From: Eledone cirrhosa
Taxonomy: Eukaryota
Direction of reading: 5' to 3'
Assembly (NCBI GenBank): GCA_964016885.1
Contig: OZ024742.1
Location: forward strand, 118,296,001 to 118,360,000
DNA length: 64,000 bases
The notes under the pieces were generated by a model that saw only the letters and a list, made by a program, of their open reading frames with translations, ran no database searches and had not been told where the DNA came from. Below, piece after piece: positions 36,666-50,368 of this stretch (its first letter is position 1; every line of letters begins with the position of its first letter). The position numbers and the translations under genes are program-made.

Positions 36666-39600
36666 CTACAGGCTTATAAACAGAGAAGGCCCAATCACTC
36701 GGGCCATTTTCGCTTCATTCACCCACCTTTCAGTAAATTTACTGGAGTGCAGTGCCTCTCTCTCCACCCTGATTCTCCTTCTAAAGTGATACTTAAAGAA
36801 GGGAATCAATTGTTGTCCGGAGAGAAAGGCATCTGTCCTCAGTCCTCTCAATCTCGTCCACCATATAACTTCTTTCACCATAGCCACTGTACAGAGGAAA
36901 ACCGCCTCTCTTTCGTTTTTGAAAGAGGCTGGCGGTTTGATTCTTACTATGGTCTCGGCAGTCAACTAGATTTGTCCCATACGCGACAGAAGTGGTCGGT
37001 TACACCCGGGCAGTGTACAACTGCGTGCAAGACGGTTTCAATGTCCTGCGCGCTTCTTGGACATGTCCTCTTGGAAGGATCCCTTCCGGGGCGTCCGTGC
37101 CTGTAGATCTTGTCACGAACGGGTAGAGCTCCTCGGTAGCACTGCCAGGCCAGGGACCTCTGGAAGTTGTCCATAGGTCCCGGGCGGAAAGTCCTACCAA
37201 ACAGACTGGTGAGCTCATCGTCTTCGACGCCCAGAGTCTCTCCGTGCACGTCGTCGCTCTTGTAACGTATAATCCCTCTATAGAATGTCGAAGTGGAGTC
37301 TCCACTGATTGCTGCGCCCGCTTGCCAGAGGACTGTGAGCGCCTGAGCGCATTCAATGTGCCAGGCGCCCATCGTTTTCGGTCTTTTCTTGACCCAGAAC
37401 TGCAGCTCCGTCAGCGAGACGAGCTGTGGGAAAGCCTGTCTCACAAACGGTGCCCACACCGGTTGGGGGTCGGTGAGGAATACTTGGAGATGCCGCAGTC
37501 TCAGCGCATGTTTGCGCATCATCAGCCACGGCATTTCCAGCCCTCCGTTGGAAGGGTGCTGACAGCAGACGGATCTCCTCACCAGCGGAGCCTGCTTCTT
37601 CCACAGAAACTGGAAGAGCATGCGTTCCATCTTGGCGAGGTGTTCACGGGGACAAGGCACGACAGTCAAGCGGTAGTAGATGACGGACGCTATGTAGGTG
37701 TTCGCCACCTCCGCTCGACCTTTCAAGGACAGTTTGCACTCTGCCCACTTCTGGGTGAGCGCAAACACTTTGGCCGTTACCTCGTTTTAGTTTTTCTCCA
37801 CCTGGAGGTCTGGACCGAACCAGACTCCGAGCAATTTTCCCGGTCCGTCCGTCAAGCGTCCAACGACGCTGTCGGGTGTCATCGGTTTGCCCCTCCACGT
37901 ACCGAGTTGCAAACCGACAGACTTGTCCGGGTTTAGTTTTGCTCCCGTCAGCGTTTCGTATTATTTCAGGAATATGCCGATCACCCCGATTTTCGAGGTG
38001 CTCGACACCATTAACGCCACGTCGTCGGCATAAGCCGACGCCGCTTTGCGCAGTCCCGGTTCTAGAGGGATGCCCTGCAACAGCTCCAATTTCCGTAGTA
38101 GTGGCTCTAGAGTCAATATATACAGAATGGAGGAGAGAGGGCACCCCTGTCGAATGGAACGCGTGATTGCGAACGGCTCCGATAGGTAGCCGTTCACCTT
38201 GGCCCTCGAGCACCTGCTGGTGTGCATCGCCTCGATCCAGCCCCTGAAAACGGGACCGAAACTGGCCGCCTTGAGAACCGTTTCCAAGTATTGATGGTCG
38301 ACCCTATCGAAAGCCTTAGACTGATCCAAATTGATCAGATCCCCACCGAAGCCGGGTTTACTATCCACTCTCTCTATGATGTATCGCATGAGGTGGAGGT
38401 TGCCGTGTATGGACCTGGTCGGGATTGCACGCGTTTGCACTTTCCCGACCAGGTTCTCGACGACAAGCACCAACCTCGTCGCTAGCACCCTGGCCAAAAT
38501 CTTTAACTCTGTGTTGAGCAGAGTTATCGGCCTGAAGTTGTTAATTTCGTCCCCCTTGTTCTCGTCTTTCCTGGTCAGCGTTACTATGCCCTTGCCTGCA
38601 GAACTGGGAATTCTCCCGTTCTGCTGCCAATTGCAGTAGACGGCTTCGAGGACGCCAGAGAACAAGTCCGGCATGCCTATGTAAAACTCATAGCGTAGAC
38701 CATCTAGACCGGGTGACTTGCGTTTCCCGCAGCGGCCCAGAGCGTCCCGTATCTCAGTGTCTGTGATCGGTCTTTCGCAGAACTCGACGTCCGTGTTTGA
38801 GAGACGCGGCAGGCTGTCGAGGTATGAACTAAAGTCAATTTCCCCGTTCGGCTCACCGTCGTTCTGCTCAAACAGTCGCGCAAAGTGCTGCTGAAAGGCC
38901 GCGCACATTTGCTTGAAGTCAAGTAGCACGCGTCCGTTTTGGTCTTTCAAAGACCGAATCGTAGACTTGTTGCCACTTTTTGCCTCCGCCACTCTGGCCC
39001 AGCTGACAGCTTTCGCTCCTTCGTTTCCTAGAGCACGTGTTTTGCTTCTGACCACGCAGCCTTCATGTTTCGCGTCGAAGAACTGGTCTAGTGCCGTTCT
39101 CGACGCTAACACTTTAGCCGCGTTGCCATTTCTAAGTGCCTCCTCTACCTTGGCTACTAGTTCTCTTTCTATTTTGTTTTTCTCTAAGGCTAACTCTATC
39201 GATTCTACTCCAATTGCCTTCTTGAGAGAGTACCACCATCTATTGTTGACGATGGCGCCCGTTAACTGTTGCTTGACTAGTCTACATATCCGTTCACTGT
39301 AAGCTTTACGTGCCGGCAACGACACGTTCAGCTTCCAGTATCCGGGTCCCTGTCTATGTATTCTATCACGGTTGACTAAGCAGATGACTAATTTGTGATC
39401 TGAGTAGGCAACCATGTGCATTCGTGGACAGATTAACATCTCCTTGTCCCTTTCTCTAATGAAGAACCTATCTAAATACGATCTAGATGTCCCGCTGCGG
39501 TTTGCCCACGTCCACTGTGGTACAGTCGAGAAATCCAGTCGATACCTATCGGCCAGTTGGAGTTAGCCGATTAAAGTTTTGAGGCTGCTGCACCACCACC

Positions 39601-40091
39601 ACTACCCCTCTACTGGGACATGCTCCCACATAGTCCCATCGTACATCTAGGATACCATTCCAGTCCCCCACTAAAAGTAAAGAGTGAGATGTTCCCAGAA
39701 CAGACTCTAGACGCTTAAAGAAGTCTGGCCGTGATTGCGATTGCCCGGTCGGAGCATAAACGGCCACCAGTCTGAAGGCTCCACCTCCAATACTGTTCAC
39801 ATCTAGGACTACCTGTCTACCCTCCGGGTCCAAGTGTACTTGCTGTACTTCGACGTCCAGGTTCTTCCGAAACATGACAGCCACTCCCCCTCCACCTCCT
39901 GGCTGACAGAGAGATGCGTAGATCTCAAAGTCGTCGAAGATGGGGGTTAGTTGCTGCCTGTTGTGGATCCTGGACTCGGTGATGGCTATCACATCTATAC
40001 CGTGTGACCTAAGGTCGTTTAAAACTCGGCCCTGTTTCCAGGGCATCCATAGGCCACGCACATTCACGCTTCCAACTCGTAAATTAGCCAT
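36666..40091 (-). pseudogene. Tx1 ORF2 (EN + RT + C-terminal zinc-binding region), with several frameshifts
   Basis: GSVNVRG, GDWN, SDHK, KSPGLDG, FRPITLLN, DQSKAFDRV, SIRQGCPLS, AYADD, CPR..ETVLHAVVHCP. Confidence 0.92.
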
Positions 40092-40133
40092 GTTGGTGAA
40101 GAAGAGTTGGAGAAAAAGAACGAAAAGTTACAC

Positions 40134-41931
40134 TTACCTTTTCGTTTCCTGGAGATCGGGTTGTTCAATCTCCATTTGGGTGCTGGATGAGGTGTTGGGT
40201 GGGGTGTGGAAACATTTTAACAGGACGCGGTTGATGGGTTTCTGGCAGGGGTTGCCCACGTCTTGCGAAAATTTATTTTTCAGGTCACTATAGGTCGCCA
40301 TAGAAACCCTTATAAGTTTAAGCTGTGGAGACGATTCTGCTTTGACGAAAGTTTTGCTCTCTGTCTCCACCTTGGGGTTTTGGGAGATGACCTCCATGAA
40401 ACTCTTGTTGTTTGTGTTGATGTATGCGTATTGTTGTTTGTGTTTTTGTTGTGTTGTTTTAGTTTGTTGTTCGTCCGGGAGTTTTCTTTTTATGGTGGGT
40501 GCTTGTGTTTGGGGTGGTGTTGATGTTGGTTTTGCTGGTAGGGGGATGTTTGACTGTGGTGTTGTTTGTGCCTGTGGTTGTGTATTGGCGTTGGTGATTG
40601 GAGTTTTGGGGTGTCTCTTTTTTTGTTTTTTAGATTTCCGAGGCTCACCTTCTCCACTTAAAGAAGGAGAAGCAGCCTCATCTGTCGATGAATAAACATC
40701 GTCAGAAGTGTGGGGTAGGGGTATTTTGTGTGGTGGTGGTGTTTTGGTGTGTGTGTTTGTGGTAGTGTTTGATGGAGTGGGATGGGGTGGGGTTGTGTTC
40801 TTCAGGGGTGTTGTCTGTGTTTTTTCTGTTGTTGTTGGTTGAGTGGCTGTTTGTTTTGGTGTGTTTGCTCGTTTCGTCTGTTGTTGTACTTGTGGTGGTG
40901 GTTGTTTTGGTGTTGGTGTTGGTAATAGTGTTTTTTAATGATGTTGTTGTGGTGTGTTTGTGAAGGACAGGAGGCCTTTAGGTGTGCTGTGCTACCACAG
41001 CGAAAGCAATGAAGTTTTCGACCCTCCGGCGTAATGTTTATTTTGTTGTTGTCGTCGATAACAACTTTTTCGGGTATTTTGGAGATTCTCTCCGGCCTCA
41101 TTTGAATCAGAATCTCCAAATCAGTACCCGCCCACCTTTGTCTAATAGACTTTGGTATCGAAAGAATCATATAAGTCTCTGGCTCTACGAAGCCAGCCAA
41201 GATCCATCAGATGTCAATGTCTGGTGGTATATTTTTTATTTTTATTTTTGTGTCTTTTTTCCCATGTACGTAGGGAAAAAGGTGAATGCTTTTGACACCT
41301 TTGGTGTCACCGAATGTTTTTGGGCGAGTGCCTCGCTTTTAAACAGTACGGAAACACTTCCGTACTGTTTTCCTCGTTGGAGAAAGTCAATATTTGCTAG
41401 ATCTCCTTGAAGGTGGCTTCTATATGTGCTTGACTAACAAATATCGGCTTTCTCGTTGTGTTGGAGACAGTCCTAAAGGTCACTGTCCTTCGAACTGTCT
41501 CTTCTTTTATTTCGAGGGGTGAGTTAATTATAAACCCACCCTTGTCTTCGAAAGTTACAAATTTTCTCCCTTGCTGGAGCATATATCTTGCATTGGATAT
41601 GTCAAGATTTATAAAATTTTGTTTTTTGTTCACTGTTTCAGCGAAAGACATTTTTTTGTGTGGTGTTGCTGTTGTTGTTGTTGTTGTTATCGTTGTTAGC
41701 CTCGGTTTTGGAAATCTCAATTTCTTGACGAGGTGAAACTTTATGTGTAGATGTATCTATGGAGTTGTTGATGTTGTCTTTTTCATGTGTATGTATGTTA
41801 GTAGGTTTAATTCCTGTGTTTTCCTGTGTGTTATTGTTATTTTTCTCCGCTTCGACGGTAGAAATTTTAAAATCTTCATGTGGTAATATTTTTTTCTGTT
41901 TGTTGACAGTCGTATCTATGGCGACGTCCAT
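40134..41931 (-). pseudogene. Tx1 ORF1, fragmented
   Basis: RTVTFRTVS matches RTVTYRTVS in copy 1; EGRKLHCFRCGSTAHLKASCP knuckle. Confidence 0.82.
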
Positions 41932-42200
41932 AGTAGCAGAAGCAGATATAACGTTAATATCTGCCTCCCTACCTCTCTTCTCTCTGTCGACGTTCTCTAG
42001 CGTTATTTCGAGCTATTTATATTTTATAGTTGGCAAAATTTGATATTTTAAAACAATTTTTAAATTAAAAATGGGATTACCACCCAGCTGACAATTCAGC
42101 TTGGGGGTTAATCTACAAAATGTTATGTTTTCACACAATTAGTTCGTTTTTTTGCATAGAAATTAACAAAAAAGCTTACCGACGATGTTCCCCGCGTCAG

Positions 42201-42210
42201 ACAGATAAAG

Positions 42211-42269
<59 letters not shown>

Positions 42270-42280
42270 CAGATAGATAG
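42201..42280. repeat. (GATA)n microsatellite
   Basis: Directly visible. Confidence 0.95.
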
Positions 42281-42393
42281 TTTAGTTGATTGATATATAT
42301 ATATAGTTTTTGTTTGTGTTTTATTCTAAAAATATAACTTTACATCAGAAGATACCAAACTGCCTGAAGATGCCCCGGGTTCTACGATATAAT

Positions 42394-42587
42394 TGTTTCT
42401 ACTTTTGCCACAAGGCCAGCAATTATCCAGTGCATTACTGGTACTTTATTTTATCGACCCCGTAAGGATGAAAGGCAAAGTTAACCTCGGCAGGATTTGA
42501 ACTCAGAATGGCAAGGGCCGTAACTCTAGGCGTCAAAGCATGGCGCCGGAGCCTCTACCGATACTGCCAATCCACTGTAGTATTATA
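42394..42587 (-). mobile_element. SINE family A with 14-bp TSD
   Basis: TSD TTCTACGATATAAT at 42380-42393 and 42588-42601. Confidence 0.9.
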
Positions 42588-43139
42588 TTCTACGATATAA
42601 TACTGTTTTTAAAGAATCTTTCATTTATATTAATTTATTTTCCAAACGCCATCTTGATTGTGAGGAAGTTAGTTATAATATTAAATCACTTCCAACTATT
42701 GATCTAATGTATTTCAAATAACAACAACACTACAGATATTTAAAAACGGGAAATGAAGGGAAGACCAAGGGCTCTAGGGTCACAAAAGAATGGAAGAGGA
42801 AGGGGAGGGCGCGGCGGTGTTGAAGCTGCGCCCCGCAGACAAGACCGCCAAAGCATTTCCGTGACAATGCCCAGCGACACCTGCTGCAACAACCCACCTA
42901 ACTTGCTGACGTTCCTATCTTGCGGAGGAGCTCTGCGGTTCGGGGTCCAAGTATGCCTGAAGTCTCGACAGTGACTGGTGCGAAGAGGAAGGGGCCGGGC
43001 AATCCCCGCTATTTGTTGGTCTTCTTTTACTTTACATTGCAAGCCGCAGTACCGGCGTTTGAAAATAATAAGTAATTTCTCTCAGAAATGTTGTTAAGAA
43101 AGGGTTAAAGTACACACGAATCAATTTGAAAGTTTTGGA

Positions 43140-43950
43140 TTGATTATTGAAAGCAGAGAACTACGTCACTGGTGAAAATGTTGCTAAAACTGAATTGACT
43201 GCTGAACAGGAAATGTATCGCATCCTGAACAATGATTCTTATCAGTTAATTACAAATATAGCAGAAATATTTTCTCGCTTAAGAGATTTAGGTTTATGGT
43301 TAGGATTTCCTAATAAATGTACAAAATGTTCTCTCTATGGTATTCGAAGGTGGAAAATTGCAAGGAAACAAGTCCCGACTTAACAAAGAACTATCCAGAT
43401 GACATTAATGAACCAGAATTGTATACTGAAATTAAAGATTGTTTATTGTTGATAAAGAAAAGAATCAGGCCGATTTTATTAAACCAAATGTTACAATTGA
43501 TTTGCTAACATTTCATGTGATAAATTTAAAAATTGCATTGGCGATTTTGTTATCAAATGAGATTTCTGTCGTTAGTTGTGAAAGATCCTTCAGCAAGCCA
43601 AAATGAATTCTTACATATGTGAGAAACTCAATGATTCAAAGAGTGCCTAGTAATTTGGCAATATTAATTATTGAAAACGACAGTGGTATCGGTAGAGCGT
43701 CAGACAACATGCTTTGCGACAAAGAGTTACGGACCTTCATGTTCTGATTTCAAATGCCGCCGAGGCTAGCTTTGCCTTTAATGCTTAAGGGATCGATAAA
43801 ATAAAGCACCAGTTACACACTGGGATTGATTTAATCAATTTTCCCTTTCCTTCAAATTGCTGGCCTTAGGCCTAATGTAGAAACAATTAATCATTGAAAA
43901 CGACATAATAGGCTAGACTTTGATAAATTAATTGATGCATTTGCAGCAGG
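43140..43950 (+). pseudogene. hAT transposase C-terminal (dimerisation domain) remnant
   Basis: YPDDINEPELYTEI..LKIALAILLS..SVVSCERSFSK..NLAILIIEND..DFDKLIDAFAA; interrupted by a SINE. Confidence 0.8.
43683..43892 (+). mobile_element. SINE family A (long subtype) with 13-bp TSD
   Basis: TSD ATTGAAAACGACA at 43670-43682 and 43893-43905. Confidence 0.88.
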
Positions 43951-45879
43951 GTCATATATATTATATAACCACGAATACCAAAATGTTACCTGTATAAAAT
44001 CTAGTAAAGAATATATCCTCGCCATCATCATTCACCTGCTGAGCAGACGGACAGAATTTCCCTCCACTCCGCACGACCCCGACCCACCTTTATGAGCTGC
44101 TTTTGTTCATTCATGCATACTTTGTCCCTAGAAATCTCTGCATGTAATGTCTTTCAACGACTCGGGCCTCTAAGATGTCAGGAAATGTGCAATGCATATT
44201 TGTGAACTGTGTTCTCACTTGAAATCCTTGATATATGTCCCAGAAAGACAAAAATAGCACAGATTTGAGAATATGTTCTAAACTTGCACATGCTTAGTAT
44301 ATAAAATACGATATTCGAAATGAGTTGGTGTCATTTTACACGTTTTAGAAACCACCCATAACTTTTATTTATACAGTAGAACTTTTAAGCATGTAATTTT
44401 GCATGGCTTCAGCTTTTTATTAACTGAATGGACAGAGCTCTTCCAAGCTCTCAAGCTATTGAAGCTAGATCACTTTTTACGTCGTAATTATAAGTTATCT
44501 GATTTCACCATATTTTTGTCATAGATTCGCAACAGAGAATGGATTGAGATGCACTTTGTTTCAGCAACTCAGATAACTGCGGAAGCAATTCTTGTTAATT
44601 GTTTTGAGTGCATTCTTCTGTTGATTTCAGTGGATTGATGTCATCAGTATTCTTGGATTTAAATAAAATACCAGTTAAATCGTCTCTCTATATCGCTTTC
44701 TCTCTTTTTCTTCTCCCCAAGTCTCTCTCTTTCTTTCTCTCTTTTTCTCTTTCTCTTCCACAGTCGCCCTCTCTTTCTCTCTCCCAGTCTCTCTCTTTCT
44801 TTCTCTCTTTCTCCCTTTCTCTCTCTCTCTCTCTCTCTCTCTCATCGTCTCTCACACACTCTCAGAATCGGCTGCGCTGCACTGTGATAAATATAAAAGT
44901 CTTGAGCAAGGGGCTATAGCAAGCTCATCTCATAGAAAGACTGATACGCTACTGGAACCGCCCAAAGTCAGAAAGAAAAGAATCCGCGCTGAATTCAAGG
45001 TCAAGAAACTTTCTGGGACAGGTTGTTGTTGAATAAATTATTTTATTCCTTATATTTGAAATGTAAATGAAACAAAAGAATTATCCATTTGGTTTTTCTT
45101 CAATCTTTCTTGTCTACCTGAGGTACATTCTCGACTAAGTTTCCATTAACTTTGTTAACTTCGTGTTATGTATTAAATGTACTTTACGATTTACACCTGC
45201 AATATTAAATTATCTCGAGATAGAAATTTTAAAAAAATGCTGGAAAATATTTATTTTGGATTTAGCGTTAGATAAAATCTCTTGTGAAATGAAAGTTTAA
45301 TGACCCGAGGAACAGTGCAAGGTTGTTACTCAACGTATTATGTTTCCCCAAATCTTCACACTGCTATTTCTAAGTAGACCGTAGGCCGTGAAAGAAGCAG
45401 CTAAAATCTCCATTTGGCAGTATAGCCTAAATTAAGAATGTAATGAAAATTAATCTGAATACATTTTTACCTATTCCAATTTTCTTTCTTGCTTTCTCTT
45501 TCTTAATTTCTTACTAGATTGTTTTCTTATATTTATATAACTAAGAAGATTGGGTAACAATCAAAAACAGAAAAGTAGCATAATTGAACGGAACTATTAG
45601 GGTAGAGTTTCAATTGAGATAAGTTGTTATTTAGGAAGAGCCATAGGTGAGCCAGAATTATCTGATTTATAGCATTCTAGTGGAAAAACGCTTATATCGT
45701 GGTTAATTTGATATGCCATTGTGAGGGGTATATGTGAGAGATACAGGTGTTTATGTAAGATGTTACCTCTCAAACAAATATCAAAGATTAGAAGAACAAA
45801 AGTAAAAATGTCGAAATAGGCTGAGTATTTAGAGTGTCTAATATTTTAGTTAAAGGGAACAAATATATATACTAAATAT

Positions 45880-46600
45880 TGAATAGTGCCAACATGTACA
45901 TTGAAGTCTCCCACTAAGATATATGACTCACTCTTAATGTCATCTAACGCTGCAGTGACGTCATCAAGGAAGGATTTGTATTTGGACTCCTTGTTTGGTG
46001 CATAAATCTGCACCGCCAACAGAGACCTATCTTTCAGTCAAAACTTCAAGAGGCCAATCTTCCCTCCTAATGGGATCCAGTCCATAGCCTATTCTGACAG
46101 CCGGGGACTTGTAGGTATCCTCATCCCACCTGCGCAGTCATTTCCGACGCCATACCTGGATAGTGGAGTTTCCATCCTCTATCCAAATCTATAGTATCAG
46201 AGCCACGGAACTTTGTTACGGAAACTGCGGACTATATCTAGCTGGTAGCATGTAGCCTCCTCCATTAGTTCTTGCTCCTTGCCTGTAAGGGTTGTGATGT
46301 TTCAGTTTCCAATTGTCAAGGTTTTCCCCCTTTCGAACCCTCTTTGGGGTCTCAGGAAGCGCAATCTTTGTGCGTCCATCCCATGCCTACCAGAACAGGT
46401 CACAGGCCTATCGCCAATTTTTACAGCATGAGATGGAGACTGTAATATGTTTTTGGAACAGGCTCCTCTAGCTAAGGCCTGAACTCGTCTCTTGTTAACC
46501 CACACGAAAGACGATGCGGTATAACTGCCTTTGTTGTGTCTAGCTATATTGCAGAATTTTTTTTTTGTCTTATTCGCACAAACCACCAATCTGATACTTT
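45880..46600 (-). mobile_element. RTE-clade LINE 5' part (APE endonuclease remnant)
   Basis: VQIYAPNKESKYKSFLDDVTAALDDIKSESYILVGDFNVHVG. Confidence 0.75.
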
Positions 46601-46604
46601 TCTC

Positions 46605-47390
46605 AGACCCGAGTAGACTTCAATGAATGTGTTAGCACAGACTATAGGACTTAGAGATGAGTGATTGGAAGGAATGGTGATCCCGATCTAAATACGAATA
46701 GAGATGCCTTATTATGAACTCCTTCTTCCAGCATATTCCAAAGATATCCATAAATATACATGGTATAAGGGGAATCGGGACAGAGATCAATAATTGATTT
46801 TTTTATTGTCTCTGGTATCTTTGATTCTGTGCTGGATGTTTATCTTAAGAGAGGGACTGGGCTGTCAACTGATCACCATTTAATTATCAGTAGCTCGAGA
46901 CAACCTAAAGCCAAGAGAGCTCACAAAACGTACAGGTCCAGCTCGACCTACAGGATAAAGTAGGGAGCGCTGGTAGATTAGGAAATCAGGAAAACGTTTG
47001 CATCCAAACTCAGAGAACTTTCTGAATATGCAGGGGGTGTTGAAACGGAGTAATATCTGTTCAACTCGGTAGTTCCTGTTTTAGCTATTAAATGCTGTGG
47101 GCGAATGTGACTTGGTGTGACGCTGGGTAGCAGGAGGACCCCTTGGTACAATCAAGTAGTCACAGATGCCATCCGAGCAAAGAAGAAGGCTTACAAAGCT
47201 GGGTTTGGATATATGTCATTCTAGCACTTGCGGTACAAGCAGACACAAAAGTCGCAGCAGAGACAGTAAAAGTGTCCAAAAGCATGAGAGGACTTTGGCG
47301 TTAAGTCAGATCAGCAAACAAAGTGTTATGGTAGACCATCCACCGATTTCGAAATAAGAAGTACTCCTCCACACCTACTATAAGATGATT
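46605..47390 (+). mobile_element. RTE-clade LINE fragment (rest of the endonuclease and linker)
   Basis: DFNECVSTD..VIGRNGDPDLN..MNSFFQH..RGTGLSTDHHL..TPWYNQ. Confidence 0.7.
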
Positions 47391-47657
47391 TCCAAATAAG
47401 TTTCTTGAATATTAATGAAATACACATATTTTGGAGGTATATATTTGAAGGTGATATGAAGATTTCTACGGTGAAGATTTTTATAGCTGGGGACTGTATA
47501 TAGCAACTGTATATAGTAGAAATTAATTTTCTTTATGCTGAAAAATATTTGTTGTTCATAAAAACAGTAAAATTACAAATAAGTGGACGATTATTTATGT
47601 GGACGCTAGGACGAAGAGCTGCTGAAAGGTTTTCGTCTTTTATTGTTAATGCCTTTA

Positions 47658-47820
47658 GGGTGGTGGATTGGCTGTATCGGTAGAGCGTCGGACAACATAC
47701 TTCATGGTATAGAGTTACGGCCCTTTACGGGCTAAGCTCAAATCCCGCCGAGGTTAACTTTGACTTTCATCCTTATGAGGTCGATAAAAACGCACTGGGG
47801 TCGATTTAATCGACTTTCCT
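47658..47820 (+). mobile_element. SINE family A (long subtype, 3' truncated)
   Basis: Family match. Confidence 0.85.
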
Positions 47821-49371
47821 GTAACTAACCAGCACATTTTGTCTGACGTTCTAACGATTCTGGCAATTCAGTAAAATCAACAATATTTAGATGTTTGATT
47901 ATCTCATTAGTGTAGAAAAGTGGATTTAAACTATAAAACTGTCAACTATATTTTCTCCTCGTAAAAACTATCGCCAAGTCCTTGAGAAGAAATCCATAAT
48001 TCTATCTGACAAATACTTTTCCTTTTTCACCTATATGGCCTTCATTCATTCTTTATTTTTTGCAATGCTCTTTCTCTCCCACACACGCACACACACACTC
48101 TCTCTCTCTCTTTCTCACACACACACACTTTCTCTCTCGCCCACTCTCTCTCTCTCACTCTCACTCTCTCTCCTGCTTCCTCTTTTACCGTCTTTACCTC
48201 TCTCTCTCTCTTCCTCTCTCTTTCCCCCTCTCTGTCCTTCTCTCGCCTTATTTTTCCTCTTCCCCTCTAACTCCCTCTTTTTCTTCTCTCTCTTTCTCTC
48301 TCCCTCCCGCTCTCATAATGTAGATTAGTGCTATGTAAGGTAAATTCACCGATTTATTTATTAAACGAGTAAAAACAAATAAAACCTAAAATTATGGAAT
48401 AAACTAGTAAACAAGGTGCTTATCAATGCTAGAGTGTCAGCACTGATTTTGCTGTCATCTTTAATTACTGCCTTTCAACTGTTGTATGTTTTGTTTTAAT
48501 AACATTTAATTACATGCCATTCTACTAACTGTTGTCATTTTATCAGATTTAATATACTTATTGTTTTGATTAGATTTACATTGTGGATCCAAATGACACT
48601 TATTATGGATCACATGCTTCATACATATTATAGCTGTAACTATGATTAACATTTTACTTACAATCATTTATCATCATTTTCGGTTACTTATTTATTTGTT
48701 GTTATTAGATATCTATTTTTAGTAGTAGGTCCATTACATAATTCAGTAGTTCATCGTTAAGTGATAGAATTATGAGAAAATTAAGTTGGTTAATTAATTT
48801 GCCTTCTCTATTTACAAAACGTTAAATACGTGTATCATAACTGAGTGCTATGGTTGTTCGTTTATTATCTGATGTTGAATGACAGCTATAGTTAAGTCGC
48901 TTGACCACCTAGTAGAAGAATACGATTACCTATCATGAACAGACATAACTCAGTACTGGGAGCAACTATAAAACTGTTAACTTACATGCTCATGTAGGTG
49001 ATGATAGTATGGAATCTTAGAAACACTATATGAAAACAATGCCTTGAAGGGATTTCCTAACAGTCCAAATGACTATGAGATTCACAAACATCGCTAGTAT
49101 TTAATTTATTCTACATAGTTTGTTTTTCATAGACATATTTGGTTATTACACTTGGCATGTTCTCTAGAGCAAGAGACAAGCTCCGAGAAAGCTGAGATAA
49201 CATCACAATCTCACTTTCCCAGCAGAAATATATTTACTTTGCATACGATATCAAGGCTCTTGAGAAAAGTATGAATTCCATTGTATCACATTTCCTCATC
49301 TAAAATGTAAGACACCTGTGTATTAAAAAAAGAACTGTTAGTTAAAAGCAATTTATTGCATTCTACTTTAA

Positions 49372-49570
49372 AGTGGGGATTAGATGATTCGATAGAATTC
49401 GGACAAAGTGCTTTCGGTTTTTAGTTAAGACTGTCAACGTTCTGAGTCCAATTCCTGCTGAGGTGAACTTTGCCTTCCATCCTACCGAGGTCAATAAATT
49501 GAACTACCAGTCAAGTACAGGGTCCACCGATTCCATCCCCCCAAATTGCTGGCATTGTAACTATATTAGA
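49372..49570 (+). mobile_element. SINE family A, diverged
   Basis: actttgccttccatcctaccgaggtcaataaa..taccagtc..aaattgctggc. Confidence 0.7.
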
Positions 49571-49597
49571 CGTCAATACATTCTACTTCTAGAATGA

Positions 49598-49740
49598 TTG
49601 AAGGTACAGGGTCTAGTTGTTCGAACGTTTGGATCACGATTGTAAAGTTGTGGGTTCGTTTCTCGGACCGGGCAACGCCTTGCAAAATTGCTCCGTTTCT
49701 GTTGCCCAATTCCACTCGGCTGAAACAAAATGAACACCAG
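49598..49740 (+). mobile_element. SINE family B, diverged
   Basis: tRNA-like head, gggttcgtttctcggaccggg..tccactcggctg. Confidence 0.55.
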
Positions 49741-49842
49741 CAGTTTCCCTAATATTAGTTGAGATTTTAGCAGTTTCACAATTTCAACTGTTGTTTCCCT
49801 CTTTTCCTCATAACTATCTGTCATTTCAGCCGTGGTCCTGTA

Positions 49843-50368
49843 CGAGGGTGCTTCAAAGAGTTCGTGGAAGAAAAGACAGTTGGAAAAAGCGGTTTAAGTT
49901 ATGATGCTTATTTTTCAACATATGCTCCATCTAGGTCAATACATTTCTGCAAGCGTTGATACCAGCCTTTAAGATAATCTGTGTAAAACTGAGAGCCATG
50001 CGATTTAAACCATGTCAAAGCAGCTTTTTTTACAGTTTCCACTGAGTATCATCTTCAACTTCATCTCTTCCACTTCTAAAACGACTTATCCATTTGTACG
50101 TTGTTGATTTTTTTAAACTTGCTCCAGAGCGTCAATGATTTGGCTGCTCTTCCACCAGAGCTGAATTTGATGTTTTGATGGGGGCCATGTTGCTCAAGCG
50201 GGTGCTGATTTCCGACTGGCGGCCCCGCTTTGCAAAATGCATTCAAGCGTACATGTTAGAACATGTTATAACACGTTAGTACGAGAACGTACGGTGCATT
50301 TAGATCAAAATCCCTGCGTATGACTTTTAGCTATGTACTTTTTCCGCGAACTTTTTGAAGTCCCTTCG
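49843..50368 (-). mobile_element. Internally deleted mariner element
   Basis: TA-CGAGGGTGCTTCAAAGAGTTCGTGGAA / TTCCGCGAACTTTTTGAAGTCCCTTCG-TA TIRs; transposase C-terminus WFKS..FY..KGWYQRLQKCIDLDGAYVEK*. Confidence 0.88.

Larger units (their letters stand above)
36430..42200 (-). mobile_element. Full-length Tx1-clade non-LTR retrotransposon, copy 2, inside a (GATA)n tract
   Basis: ORF1, EN and RT present; 3' AATAAAGAAA-(TCTA)n; (GATA)n on both flanks. Confidence 0.93.

Noticed and set aside
42740-43060. GC-rich island with 73-100-aa ORFs
   Set aside because: No recognisable protein; it lies just upstream of the hAT remnant and may be part of it.
44615-44655. Minus-strand CTGATGA..GAAA
   Set aside because: Stem II does not pair and there is no NUH site with a stem I.
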